64,000 bases of DNA from Lama glama (Eukaryota): assembly GCA_028534125.1 (NCBI GenBank), contig CM052816.1:49106001-49170000 (forward strand), read 5' to 3'. Position numbers and translations under genes: made by a program. The notes below the pieces were generated by a model, which was given only the letters and a program-made list of their open reading frames with translations, was not told where the DNA came from and searched no databases. Each line of letters starts with the position of its first letter. The stretch's first letter is position 1. Shown here piece after piece: positions 11,995 to 25,139 of the stretch.

Positions 11995-14900
11995 AAGAGG
12001 AGAAAGCAGTATTTTAAAGTTGTCAGCAGCTTTTTGTCTTTTTCCAGGCAAAAACTGTTTTTTGATTTAATGGAAAATGTTAGTGGGCATTTTGTTTTTG
12101 CAAAAGAAAAGCCAAGTGGCAATGTGTTATAGATTAATTCAAGCTAAATTACTTTGCACAGTAATTTAAAAGTTTATCCTAATTGTAGATCATTTGCATT
12201 TCCAAAATTTATCAAGATTTTGATTGGAGGTGGGCAAGTGTCTGGGAGTAGAAAATAACATTTTTCCTCTATCACTGCCGTAATCTAGAGTAGATAAAAG
12301 TAGAAGTCAGGTTCAAAATATCACCATTGTGGGAGATGAACTGCCCCTTGCCATCTGACATCAGAAGAATGGACAGTAAGGCAAGAGAGAGCCTAAAAGA
12401 CTCACCCTGTAAAGACTCATCATTTGTGGTATCCAGGAGAATTTATGGCACCTGTTTGGTGCTAACATTTTCTTTTCTAAGCTGTAATTTTCTCCTGCTA
12501 TCTCCAAGCTTTCACTAAAGTTTGGGTTAGAATTACAACTTGGACTAAGCAGAGTTTTGTAGAATTAAGGGAGAAATCTGCTCCCATGTTTGGAGTAAAG
12601 AATTATGGGCAGACTAAAGCAGGCTGCAAAAGCCAGTAGCTAGGTTATCTGCAGGGACTGGAGCACAAACCAAGAGCCCTTTCACTAATGACTAGAGGAT
12701 TGTGGTCAAGAAATACTTAGGCAGTGGAACCCAATAAAAACTATGAAACTAAGCTTTCTGTATTCACATAGCATAGACATTCTTAAAAATATTTTTCTTG
12801 TTTATGAGAGAGGCCTTATTCCTCAGTGGTAGAAAGATATCTACGGGATATCAGAATTAATATATCACAGAATATCAGTACATGATTCCAACACTATAAT
12901 TTGAGTTAAAGTTTTCCTTTAGATTGTATCACACACTTCGTGATTCTGACTGTATTTACTCAAAATAAATATGATGTGTAATTCATATTTTGGGGTAATG
13001 TAAGGTAACTTAATGTTCTCTGGAAACTCTAATGTACTATACAAGTATAAGGGATAGGCATCCACACTGAAAATCACAAATATTCCTATGTATTATTATC
13101 TTATTGTCTAATAAAAGGTCAGTTTTCTTTCTGATGTTTTGTGCAATCAATTAGACTGTTTCTCTATCCCTGCATCACAGAAACCAATAATAAAGTTTTC
13201 ATTTCAACTGAAAGGAAAAGTAGCAGGGAAATATTTTTATTTTTTTTTCTCAATTGGATCAGATAAGGAATAGTTTGCTTACTACTGCTATAGGGGGAAA
13301 AGTTCATCTCTGCTGAATCACCAGGCTAAATAGTGGATGTGTTAATCGGAATTGCATCCAGGCTGTTTTAAAGGTTAAAATCTGCTCAAAGCCATGAAAA
13401 TAATTTAAATTAAAAAATAGATCTTTCTCTTACCATGTTGCTCTGTATACTTTCAAGTCAAAAGCACAAAATGTTCATTTAAAAATGTATTGAGTTATCA
13501 AAAATGCAATGCAAAAATATGATATTTAGGTAGAAAAGGTCAGATTTAAAAAAAAGCAGGAGTCTCAAAAACTTGAAATGTCAAGATTCTGGGGAAAACT
13601 ATGAAATAATTTTTAAGCTTACTATTTGAAACCATTTCTTATGAAGTATAAGGGAAATGCAGTATAGCATACTTTTACAGCTCTTTGTCAAAGGTGTGAG
13701 TGATAAGTTCTCTCTAAGGAGTAATATTTCAGGGGCACAGAGTTGGAGGCTGTCTTTAAAGGTATGAATTAAATAATAAATGCTACTGCTTTGGTAATCT
13801 TGGATTTTGGGGGAGCAATTTGGCATCTCTGGAGTTTTTAATACAAAGATAACTCTATGAATATGTATGAAAATACACCTAGAGCTTCTTAATATCTTTC
13901 TTCTTTCAAATGTTCCTTGAACTTCAGTAGAAGGGATTAATTTAACTACATAAAAGTGTGTTTTTGTTTTTGTTGTTTTTGAGGAGAAACAGAATAAATA
14001 AATCAAAAGTTCAAAATAATAACTACGCAAAAATCGAATATTCACCTCAACTATAGACAATTTTTAGCAAATTAGGTCATAGATTGCCAGTGGTACAAAT
14101 AGACAGACTTGATTTCTGAAACTTTCTATTTTTCTGAAATTGTGAGGTCCTATATTCCAGTTTTGAATGCTGCCCCTCTGGCCTTCTTGAAATTTACAGT
14201 CTACTTCTGTGTGGATTAGTGGATATTTAGAATACAATATTTATTTTGATTTTAGGATATTCAGGGATTCTGCACAGCCTCAGAATTCCATGAAAAAGAG
14301 AAAGCAAATAAAAACAGAATTGTGAGGAGAGTAATGTTGGCTTTTTTATTGGCGAGTGTTCTCCACTAAGATTTCAGGGACAGGGCAAAATTCTTGGTGG
14401 GAAGAAGAACAAAGTTTGTCCCATGAGAGGATGTTATTCATTTCCACTTATGTGGTACGATCTGTAGAACTCCAGACCAACTAAAAATGCTGCCTAACAT
14501 TTTCAAAACTCCTTTCCTTGTATTAAAAGAAGCAATGGCTTTGAGGTGTGACTTATGCAACAATGATTGATACCCCTGGTTTAGGGCATTATCTGTGTCA
14601 TTTCCCAAGCAGAGATTCAGATACTGTGAAGGAGCTGAAGAAATACTTGATGGCCTAATGGAAAATTGAAGAGAGGGACATAAAGTAAGAAGAAAATTCT
14701 ACCTAAAGGAAATAAATTCTTATTTCCTTACAGTTTCTTCTAGAGATACCAGTAAAGAAAATTGGCTTAAATAACTGATTTTTGTAGTTTAGAAAGTTTA
14801 CTTTCACTCTTTCCTTTTACATTAATGGATAGTAATCAAACAGAAATCCAAAAATACTTGTTAAACTGGAAGGATTTCTTCCTGATTGACAGTATTACAT

Positions 14901-15500
14901 ACAGAATTCACATATAAGGTACAATCTTTGTTTCACCTTGAGACACTTTGGGGGACATCACCATGTTTAAAATAGCCTGTCTCTAGAGGTTCAGACACAG
15001 AAGTCTCACACCAGGCAACTTTTTGTTTAGAAATACAGATTCAGTTTGAAAGGTGGTAGAAGATAGAAGAGAGATTAAAAAAAAAAAAAAGGAAAGAAAA
15101 AAGAACTATTTTTCTTTGTGGGTATATATTCTCACCACTTGGAAAGTATCTTCATCCTTGCCCACCAGTTCCTCCATTCTCCTTCTCCTGGCTTCCTCCT
15201 CTCATGAATCCCTTTTATTCTTCAAGACTTAGTTTTAATTTCCTTCACAGGCAATTTCCCTCCTGTGGTACTGTATACATATTTTTACCATTACATTGGT
15301 TCCATTTCATGATGATGTGAATTGTCTGTATTCCCACTGAAGTAGAGATCCTCATGGTTTTATTTTTCTTTTTCACACAGACATCTAGTAAATGTACATG
15401 GTAGGTATTCCAGATGTGCTTAAAAGAGAGTGAGGATGAGTGGCACAAATGAAAATTGTGCATGCAAAAAAAGCTGTTTTCTAATTGATGCCCTATATAC

Positions 15501-15548
15501 TTTTTTTAAACATTTTTTATTGAGTTATACTCATTTTACAATGTTGTG
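15501..15548 (-). mobile_element. extremely 5'-truncated (about 48 bp) camelid-type L1 3' end
   Basis: reverse complement acacaacattgtaaaatgagtataactcaataaaaaatgtttaaaaaaa matches the tail of the L1 at 43945-43992; flanked by tatatac (15494-15500 and 15549-15555). Confidence 0.75.
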
Positions 15549-15669
15549 TATATACATTTTTATTAGAAATAGGAATTCGTAACTAAAAAGTAGGGATAAT
15601 GTTGTGGTTGAGGAGAAACTTTGCTTGGGGTGTATTGAAATCTCCTGGTATGATAGTGGACTGACTAAT

Positions 15670-17010
15670 TGATTTCTGTTTGTCAAAATATCTAATTTTG
15701 TTTTATATCTTTTGAAGTTATGGTATTGAGTATATAGCAAATTATAATGATTATACATTTTTGGTGAAAAACATTTTTCATTATTATATGGTGGTCCCTA
15801 ATATGGAGTCAATGTCCAGTCAGGAAAAAAACCAGGAAGAAACCATAAAAAGTGATCCAAACAGAGGGAATTTAAAAACAAAAATTAAGTTAAGTAGGAT
15901 ATTTGAAAGACCAACAGGGGATGTTAAAGTAGCCCAGGAATTAGCAGCAGAAGGAGGCTACTACCATGCTTAGATTGGAGGGAAGAAGGCAGGAGCTGGA
16001 AGTAACTGAGCCAGAAGCAGGGAAGATTCGTTTAGCTCCAGCTTCAAATACAGACAGGAGGGAACCACTGGGGGACACACAGCCCAAGGCGCAGAGAGAA
16101 GGGTTGAAACACTGATTCTCCCCTTCCTGCCTACTGCAATCTCCTGTTAATGCCAGTCTTTGATCAGATGACAGGGAGCCCAAGAGCCAGAACCCCTACA
16201 TCAATGGGAATAACCAGGGAGAGTCAGGAATGGATCCAAGGAAAAATAAGCCAGATTGAAGCACATCTTCTTTGTTCTCTAGTGCAAAATCTAAAGCATA
16301 TTTATTATTTGGTACATTTTTGTTTGATATAGCTTTTTTCATCATTTTACTTCCAACGGTTTTTGTTCTCGTTTTAAGTATTGATTTTGGTAAAGAGTAA
16401 ATCACTGGATTTTTCTTTTATATTCTTTCTCTGCAATTTTTTTGGTAACTGAGCATTTTTATTTTCTACAATATTTGATCTTATTTATACCATCACATTG
16501 ATATGTATTTCCATATATTTTGTTTTTCTGTGCCTTTAGTTTCTCTAGTCCTGCCTTTTACATAGAATGATTTTATTTTAACATTCTGTGTTTTTCTTTA
16601 ACTATGTTAAAAGCTATTTGTATTCTAGTCAGTTATGAGTTACCATGGAAAATTTTAAATGTTCACTATCTAAATGTTAACATTTAATCTTTGCCTCACT
16701 TATGATGTTCAGAATTAAAGTCATTTATCTTTTTATTCTCACCCTTTGAAAATACAAGGACCTTAATTCCAATTGCAACTCCATCTGTTTTATATACTAC
16801 AATTATTAAGTTTGCTAGTTTCATATTACTGTAGCTCTGTGTAGCATTATTCTTTTTGTTTTAGTCAGGATTTGTTTAGATATTCCCACATCTACTTACC
16901 AATACCTTTCTTCTTTATAAATCTCCTTTATAAATCTCAAGCCTAGTTTCCTTCTTTCTGAAGAACATTCTGTACATATTTTTTGTGAAGTCTCTTGGTG
17001 GCCAGACTAG
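15670..17010 (-). mobile_element. ancient L1 (L1ME-like) ORF2 5'/inter-ORF fragment, split by an LTR
   Basis: ttttgttttatatcttttgaagttatggtattgag (antisense EN domain); resumes after the LTR with ttgatatagcttttttcatcattttactt. Confidence 0.65.
15800..16265 (-). mobile_element. ERVL solo LTR (LTR41/LTR33-like)
   Basis: gtccagtcaggaaa...aaacagagggaattta...gaattagcagcagaaggaggctactacca...gacagggagccc...gcaca; purine-rich block inside AT-rich L1. Confidence 0.65.
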
Positions 17011-20000
17011 AAAGTTCAATATCTACATTAATTCAAACTAATACACTTACTATTTATGTTCTTCTCCTCAGTCATACCCATTTCTGAAATATAATCCTTT
17101 ATAGTTAAACAGAACCTAAAAAATGATTAATATCACATTTTGCAAAATGCAGTATATAAATCATTTTTTATTCCAGTTACATGTTTTCATTGTTAACTGA
17201 CTTGTATTAGGCTTTATTTTTCTTCCATAGAGAAACCAAATAGGACAATTAAGAAAAAAGAGTTTAATAGCCCCTATAATTTCAAATAAGCAGGGAGGAC
17301 AAAGTGGTCCATCTCTATCATTAGCGTGAAACTATCCATTTGTGCCTTAGCTGGTGTGAAATCACAGAACAGAACATTTCACTTAAACACAGGATCTGTT
17401 GGGATTTTCACATGACAACCCTCAGGGCAGAATGGTGAGTCGACTCAAGTGAGCAATTAAATATAGTTAATCTTTCTAGGTAATTGCAGTTATTTGTCGC
17501 TCTGGCAGCATCTCAGGATAGGTAATGAGGGCTAGTTTGGTGATTATGAGTATTGTCATTTTATTTACCAGTGGTAGAGATAGTCTACCACAAGCTGAAT
17601 TATCCTTCTCAAATATGCCTTTTTCTGTCCACATGACACAGAACACCTAAGTCTAGAGAGGCCATGCTACAAGATAATTGAATGTATTAAATCATCTCTA
17701 ATCTGAGCATAATTTGTTTTGGAAATAATATCTATGTAATAAAAATGGTAAATGAAGATGTTTCAGTTACCTCTTATTCCACATCACTGTTCAGGTTTTA
17801 CAAAACGGACATGGTGAAAGTTGTGCTTTTACATTTTCAAGTAGTTTGTCCCCTGGTGCACGAAAACCTTACAAAAAATATTTACAAATAATACATATAT
17901 AAAATAAGTATAAAGTAACATTGGGAATGTAACAGAAGTGTTTACAAGGTGATATATTTGGTTCTTAAAGGAATGGTAAAGGTAGTTTATTCCAGTATAA
18001 ATTAGTATTCATTCAAATATATATTAAATGATATTGAATTAGTATTGATTTATATCCCATAAATACTATTAATAACTTACTTCAATTATCCATGAAGTTG
18101 TACTATGAGAAAAAAAGAAATGTATAATATGCTATTTTATATGGCAAGTATATATTTTAGTAGATTTTTTTCAGGAGATATTTAGTAGTTTATCTAGCAC
18201 ATTAATGAATTAAGTAATCAAAAAGGTAAATCTGGAAGAAAATAATAAATTAGGGACTACACAGACAATAGCTATAATCTTCACTTATCATGCTCTGATA
18301 TGTGGCAGAGAAGGTTAGACATCTGATATGTTTAATAAAGAAATGCATGCATTTTCATACCAGTAATATGACTCTTCTGTCATCCATCAACCTTCATTTT
18401 CCATCAATGCTGAAGTTAGCTGTAAGGCATCTGAGAGAAGAATGGCTTATAATTTACTGTCCCTTCAATTTTTCATTTGTACTTTTCTCTTTTCAGTACC
18501 TAACTAGGGTCAGTCTGTCAGAGTCTATATCCTAAGCAGTGACCTGAAATGATCCTTAAAATTTTAAGATGTGGCTGGTAATATCCCATTAGACAGCAAG
18601 TATGAGTCTCACCATCTGTTGGGTCATATTTTTAGTTAGATGAAAATGGAGATTCACCATGTGGAAATAGTCTAAATCAACTCTATCAGGACCCATTTTT
18701 CTTTGCCCTTTATTTGAGTGAAGAGGCCACTTAACGGTGAAAACCACAGAGTCGTAGCTTCGAGTAATTGGTATTGTAACTTCAAAATAATATTGATGAT
18801 ATCTTGCCATCTGATCTATATTACATCCAAACATTTCCTGCAAACCTCTGTATGGCTGTGTGTTTTTCAAAATTATGTTATAGATTTTAAAATTGAGATA
18901 GGAAAACATTAAAATAGCAAAATAAGTAAATTTTAGCTTTCTTTCTAAATATATGCTATAAAATAGTATATTTTCTCTATCTTGCTTATTATTTTCAAAG
19001 TTGGCCATTCAGAAAACAGTAAGTTTGAACCACTTACATTCACTATATCAAGTAAAACTGAATAGATCACTTATAATTTATACAGGATAGACACTTATGA
19101 TGAGATGTTCGGAAAACCTTGTATGAATTCTTTATGCCACTTGATACTTAAAAATGGAATTTTTTACCTCTCCAGATTAAACATTTTAGTAATTCTTTTA
19201 TATATGAATATCTTCTGTTTAATACTTACCATTTTACATTTGTAATAACTGTTCATAATAGCTCCAGATAGCCTGTTTTCTCAAGACTGATCCAAGTTTG
19301 GCAGAGTGAGAATTATCAGAATATTAGTGTTCTGCAAAATTTTCCCCTGCTACAGTGTTTCTATCATCATTCATAAATTGCTGTGGATCCTGAACTAAAT
19401 TCCCAAATCTCTGAAATTTTTACTGCTTTTGGCACTTTGAAAATAATTTCAATTCACTTAAATATTGTTCCTACAAAATATAATGTGATCCCTTTGTCTC
19501 TCAAACAAAAATCTCACTCACTGGTTTTTCTACATATTGAATGTTCAGACATATGTTAGTCCTGTTAAGTGACTGGTATGTTGCTTTTCAGCCTTTTCTT
19601 TGTGATTTACATATATACATGCTGAGTTTTGCAACCATGTTTGCAAGTCTGTCAGAAAAATGAATGCAAACAAATTTACGTAAGATTCCAGGGGCAAGGA
19701 ATGCATAAAATATTTACTTATCTAAACTTGTCACAGTGAGCCATCATCCACATGTGAGAATCAGTATTTGATATTTTTTTTTGTATTCTCTGATTCCACT
19801 GTTTTCCGCTTTTAAATCTTTCCCTTCCATTTAACTCTCTGTCCAAATTCCCTTGTCAAGATGAAAAAGAACATCTTGTAACATTTTTAACAGGTGGCTA
19901 GTCTGTACTGTTTAAGATGACCAGCAATCTTGAGGCAATTTCATGGAGAATAAATGTTTTGGCATTCCTTTTGCAATCAGTTAGAAATGACTTTAAGATC

Positions 20001-20121
20001 ATTATAAGGAATACTTCTCAGAGTATATTTGGTCGTCACTTGATAACATTCATCAATTTTCTGGAGTATTTTCATTTGTATGCTCTATAAAGAAGTTCAC
20101 CGTTCTTCCGCATTGAAGAAT

Positions 20122-20440
20122 GTATATGTCAATTTTAGCTGAGTTATATTACTGCACAAACAAACTCCTCTCACATCTCAAGAGTTTACAACAACCAAGG
20201 TTCATTTCTCCCTAAAGCAATATGCCCATCATGTGTCATCTCTGGCCCTGCTGCATGACTTCATGTCTTCACTTTGACACCTAGACTGAAGAAGCAGCCT
20301 TCATATGGGACATCACCAGTCTCATGACAAGGGGAAAGCATCATATGAAGCACCTGTCAGTTCTTTGAGTGTCCATTCAGAAGTGATGCCTATCATTTTC
20401 TCTCAAAATTTCTTTCCAAAGCAAACTGCAACAATACCAG
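20122..20440 (-). mobile_element. MaLR solo LTR fragment (MLT1K/L-like)
   Basis: acaaactcctctcacatctcaagagtttacaacaaccaaggttcatttctc...agactgaagaagcagcc...cagaagtgatgcctatca. Confidence 0.65.
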
Positions 20441-21992
20441 CTACCGTAGAGAATATTCTTTTCTGTATGGTTTCTACAATTGTTAAATAATTTTCTTTGG
20501 GTTCTTTATATAAAGTCATCAGAAACTTTTAAGTAAATCCGAATTACCGGACTTAACAGAAAAAAAAAGTAACTTCAAAATGGTAGAGGCAGAGGAATTT
20601 TAGATTATTTGAAGATCTGTCAGTAAATACCTGATGAATGAATAAGTGTATGAAAACAAGCCAGTTACTTCAAAAAATCGTATGTAACATCAAAGAATTT
20701 GATGGCTTCTCCAAGTTATATAAAATCTCTTATTACTTTATAAGGTTTTACTATCCTCTCAAGCTCAGTAAATATTATTCCTGAGTTTACAATGCAGTCA
20801 TAAATAACTAATGCCACTTTTTTCTTTAAATGACTAACAATCTTGTTTTGTAAAGATAAATGTTATACTATGAAATGAATGCATACTGCTCATGACGATT
20901 CATTGAACTTAGGTATTGAGAAACAATTACATTTTTCTTCTTGTTTATCCTAAGCTCTTCTCTGGGTATCTGCTTCTCAGGTTTGGGACTCCTCAAACCG
21001 TCCCTTTGTCTCTCCAAGTCTTCCCTCTGTAATACTTTACCAAGACTAGGGGGTTCCCCATCATCTAATAATGTAGTCTGTCTCCATGACTTCTAATTTC
21101 ATTTTGTTTTCTTCTTTCAAATTTCTGTCATAGAATAGTATTTTTATGAAACAATCCATACTCATACATTAATGACCAATAGGTTAACAATCCATTATCA
21201 AGTATCGTATGTGGATTATGGGGTAGAAAACTTGAAGTAGGATCTGGGCTTTAACATGACAGATCATGGACAAAAGCCCATGATCTTAAGGCTCAGCAAC
21301 AATGCCAGTGATTTGTTACAGAATATTTTATAGTTGAATGGCAAAGTGGAGATGATGAAGAGTTACTCGTAAGATTCATAGGTAAGCTTTAATGAGCATT
21401 AAACACATCATGTTCTGAAACATGAGTAATCCTAAGTGTATTAGGTTACATAGGAATATTTTTCTTTTCAGAAACTAAAAATACATCAGAATAAAGATGG
21501 AATATCACTTGCCATCTTAAACATCTAAATTCTATGATAAGAAGTTTTATGAAGTAAGTTCATTTTTAGTTTAATACTATTTTATTATTTCAAGATGAGA
21601 AATTTTGGAATAATAACTAATCATGGAGCTGTTAGTTTATCATGTTAAGGATGATTTGGCCATACACTTAATCTGTTTCTATTCACATGATTAGTAATAC
21701 ACAGAGAGCCAGGGGACCTGAGAAGTCAGATCTCATTGCCAGTATTGGACACTATAAAAACTGCCAGTATTTTCAGAGTTTGGCATGTGTGGCTGGGATA
21801 CCAGTGCCTCATTAACCTATCCGAAGACCTGGGCATGAGAACACCAAACAAATAAATCATGGGAGAAAAAAAAGACATAATCAAAATAAATATGTTAATG
21901 CATTATTTTGAAAAATCAAGTTGAATGCAAAAGTTAACAAAATAACAAAATTTTAAATAAAAACAGGATCAGTATAATGGGTCAGAGGGAAG

Positions 21993-22187
21993 AGTTTTTT
22001 TTTTTTAAACTGGATTCTATAAAGGGGAGCTTCAGGCAGCCTGTGGACCACTATAAAATTGTACAAAAACTTGATGTGAATGGACATATTTAGATGTATA
22101 TTCACAGATGTTTTCTAGCAAAATAGTGTGGGTTCCATTACATTTACAGGGGAGCCCCTCCCCCTGACAAGCTTAAGATTTACCAGT
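21993..22187 (+). mobile_element. MER103-like hAT-Charlie MITE
   Basis: gggagcttcaggcagcctgtggaccactataaaattgtacaaaaa...gcttaagatttaccag resembles the MER103 layout. Confidence 0.5.
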
Positions 22188-22314
22188 CTTCCTGCTATTA
22201 TTTATATGAGCATCACATTTGAAAGTGAGTTAGGAAAAAAAGTACAAAAACAGGAGTTCACTTCTTGCCTAGGATGTAAACTTACTAGCAGTATGACTAA
22301 TAACAGTTTGGGAG

Positions 22315-22575
22315 AGGAAGTGCAGACAAGAAGTGTGAGCTCTAGAGCCAGGCAGTATGGATTTGTGTTTTGAAATAAGTACCAACTAGCCATTTGACCT
22401 TGGGGAAGTTAATTCATCTTTTTGTGTCATAATTTCTTTAAGTTTAAAATGAATTATAGTGCCTATCTTACAGGGTTGCTGTGAGGGTTAGTTAAGTGAA
22501 TATATGTAAAGCTCTTAAAAATGGTTGACATGCTATATGTACTATTTGAGTGTTTTAGTTATTATTATAGTTGTT
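22315..22575 (+). mobile_element. MIR SINE
   Basis: gctctagagccaggcag...tgaccttggggaagttaatt...tgcctatcttacagggttgctgtgagggtta...atatgtaaagctcttaaaa. Confidence 0.85.
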
Positions 22576-24469
22576 ACTGTTGAGGAAAGAAGTACACCAT
22601 GTAAATTAATGGTTTTCATAAAATCCTCTAAAAATTACTAAACATACTTTTTGAAGGATAAAATATTTTAAACACTCAAAATGTCTTAGCAACATTACAT
22701 ACAGTTCAAAAGCTGTACTCATTTACTCTGATGTCAGTAGATGCAGTGATTAACATTGTTCTAAGTACAGAACAGTAATAAAACCATATCCCTTTAAAAG
22801 TATTTTATAGCTTAGTTTCCATTAATTCAGACTGGTCTTTACTCTAATTATTTCAAATATAAGGCTGCATTATTTAAGAGTTACACAGCTTATATATAAA
22901 ATACACTTCCATATTGTTTTAAGCTAACAAGAATAAACATATAATTGAAATAGTTCAAGTTCTTTTAGTAGTTTAGATAAATAGAGACACAAATATATAA
23001 TTATCAACATTGTTAAATCACTGACCTAGCAGTTAAAATAAGCATATAGTGAGAACATTTTCTTTTCCCTTGGTTAAGAGTGGATAAGTCGCCTAACAAG
23101 GGATGACTTCTTGCTGTTACTAATTTTAATATATTAACCAAAATGCATTTATGATAACCTTTGAATTGTGAAACCAGTGTCTATTTTCTGTGACCTGAAG
23201 ATGTCCCATTTTAAATCCATTAGATAAAATTATGTGACACTGAGCTTAATTAATTACACCTACTCAGCAGCAGAAAATCAGGCATATAAATGGAATATTG
23301 ATCCTCAAGAAGGCTGTTGCCTTGTAATGGAATTAGCCACAGGTATGTTTCGTGAGCAATGGTAGGATAATTACCGGTAATAAACCCAGGGCTTGTACTT
23401 ATATAATCTGTTACACAAGAGTGTTTCACTAAAATGTTACCAAGCACTTAAAACCTGTTTTAAAAGAGCAAATCATAATTTTTTATTCACCTGTATGTGT
23501 AACAAATTAAGTGGATAAACACATTGGCAGCCAATAAGAGTTTTATTTTAATGATTGCTGTTGTAGGTTTCTTCCCTCTCACTATAGCCATGTTAACATC
23601 AGTAACTGATATTAAAGCATCACTGATCTCTGCTGGAGATATTTTTATTATTTCATATAGTTTATTCTCTAAGCCAAATACAAAGTCATGTTGCTTTTCT
23701 TTTTCCCTTGTCCTTGATTTAAAATGTAAAATGTCCAGTAACTCAGTATCATTTCTCTTATTCAAACTTCATTTTTCTTGTAATAAAATCTACTTGAATG
23801 TGACAAGAATCTCCACATTTCATTGCTTAATTTAATCTGTAGAATATGCACATATATTGCTTACCTTTTAGTTTCTAAGGTTAAACCACAATTACCACAG
23901 TTCATTAATATCTACTTTGCTAGTACTAATCACTTTTTAATAACTTAAGAAATTAAACATTGTAAAAGAACTATTTGGTAATAGAATAATGGGTCATTTT
24001 TTAAGCAATTAGTATTGGACCACATGAGTTGTCTAGGATTTCCTTTGAGTTTTTCTTGAGTATTAGCTTTGTTTCCTGACCACATTCCAACAGAATACAT
24101 CTGTGAATTTTTTCATGATATGCAATGTTTTATTTCTTCACCCTTGTAGCCCAGAGTTCTCATAGCAGGTGGTCTGTCTCTGATGAGTTCAACTTAGGAA
24201 TTACCAGTGTGGTCTAACTATATGCCCTGCACCTTCTGAAACTTGTAGTACCGGTGTTTGCTATATGTAATTGTGCTGAGTATGTATGACACATCTCCAG
24301 AAGAGGCCACTCAATTTTGTGCCTTGAATGGCACTGAGATGTCTATGCACAGCAACCTTGTCACTTATTTTTGTTAAGTTCTAAAATATGTTTAGCTCTG
24401 TGATTTGAAACACAGTCGTTCCTCATTACTTGCAGATTCTTTATTTGCCAATTCGCCCACTCTTTAATG

Positions 24470-25139
24470 TTTAATTATGAATGTTTAAGAGGAACAAACT
24501 GATGATTTGATATATGTATACACTGTAAAATAATCACCACGATGAAGGTAGTTTTCATTACCTCACAGTTTCTTTTTTCACATTGAAGTTTACTTGACTT
24601 ACAATGTTGTGTTCATTTCTGGCATACAGCACAGTGATTCAGTTATACATACATAGATATATATATATATTATTTCCCATGTTCTTTTTCTCTAGAGCTT
24701 ATCACAAGATATTGAATCTAGTTCCCCATGCTATACATTGGGACCTTGTTTATCTGTTTTATATATAGTAGTTTGTATTTCCAAATCCTAAATTCCTAAT
24801 TTATCTCTCCCCACTTCCCTATTTGGTAACCATAAGTTTGTTTTCTATACCTATGAGTCTCTTTCTGTTTTATAAATACATTCACTTGTATAATCTCTTT
24901 TTAGATTCCACATGTAAGTGATAACATACTCACATAGTTTCTTTACACGTGTGTGGCGGTATCACATAGGGTTTGCTAAGAGCAAATTTCATGTATACAG
25001 TATTAGCTGTAGTCACTGTGCTATAATCAGATATCCATAACTTATTCTTGCATAACTGAAACTTTGTACCCCTTAACCAACATCTCCCCATTTCTCCCTC
25101 ACTGTAGGCCCTAGTAACAACCATTCGACTCTCTTCAGG
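24470..25139 (-). mobile_element. L1MA-like 3' end inserted in the Tigger element
   Basis: tgatgatttgatatatgtatacactgtaaaataatcaccac...ataactgaaactttgtaccccttaaccaacatctcccc...aacaaccattc. Confidence 0.8.
24576..24928 (-). mobile_element. younger artiodactyl-type L1 3'UTR inserted in L1MA
   Basis: ttgaagtttacttgacttacaatgttgtg...ggtaaccataagtttgttttcta...tagattccacatgtaagtgata; TSD ctcacagtttcttt (24562-24575) vs ctcacatagtttcttt (24929-24944). Confidence 0.85.

Noticed and set aside
13599..14060. Longest ORF in the track (153 aa, minus strand)
   Set aside because: Non-ATG start, AT-biased composition, no motif and no exon boundaries
17436..17447. 12-bp palindrome tgagtcgactca
   Set aside because: Several palindromes of this length are expected by chance in 64 kb
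19222..19480. Strong minus-strand donor ATG|GTAAGTAT with an upstream ttttgtag acceptor
   Set aside because: All three frames contain stops and nothing else supports an exon
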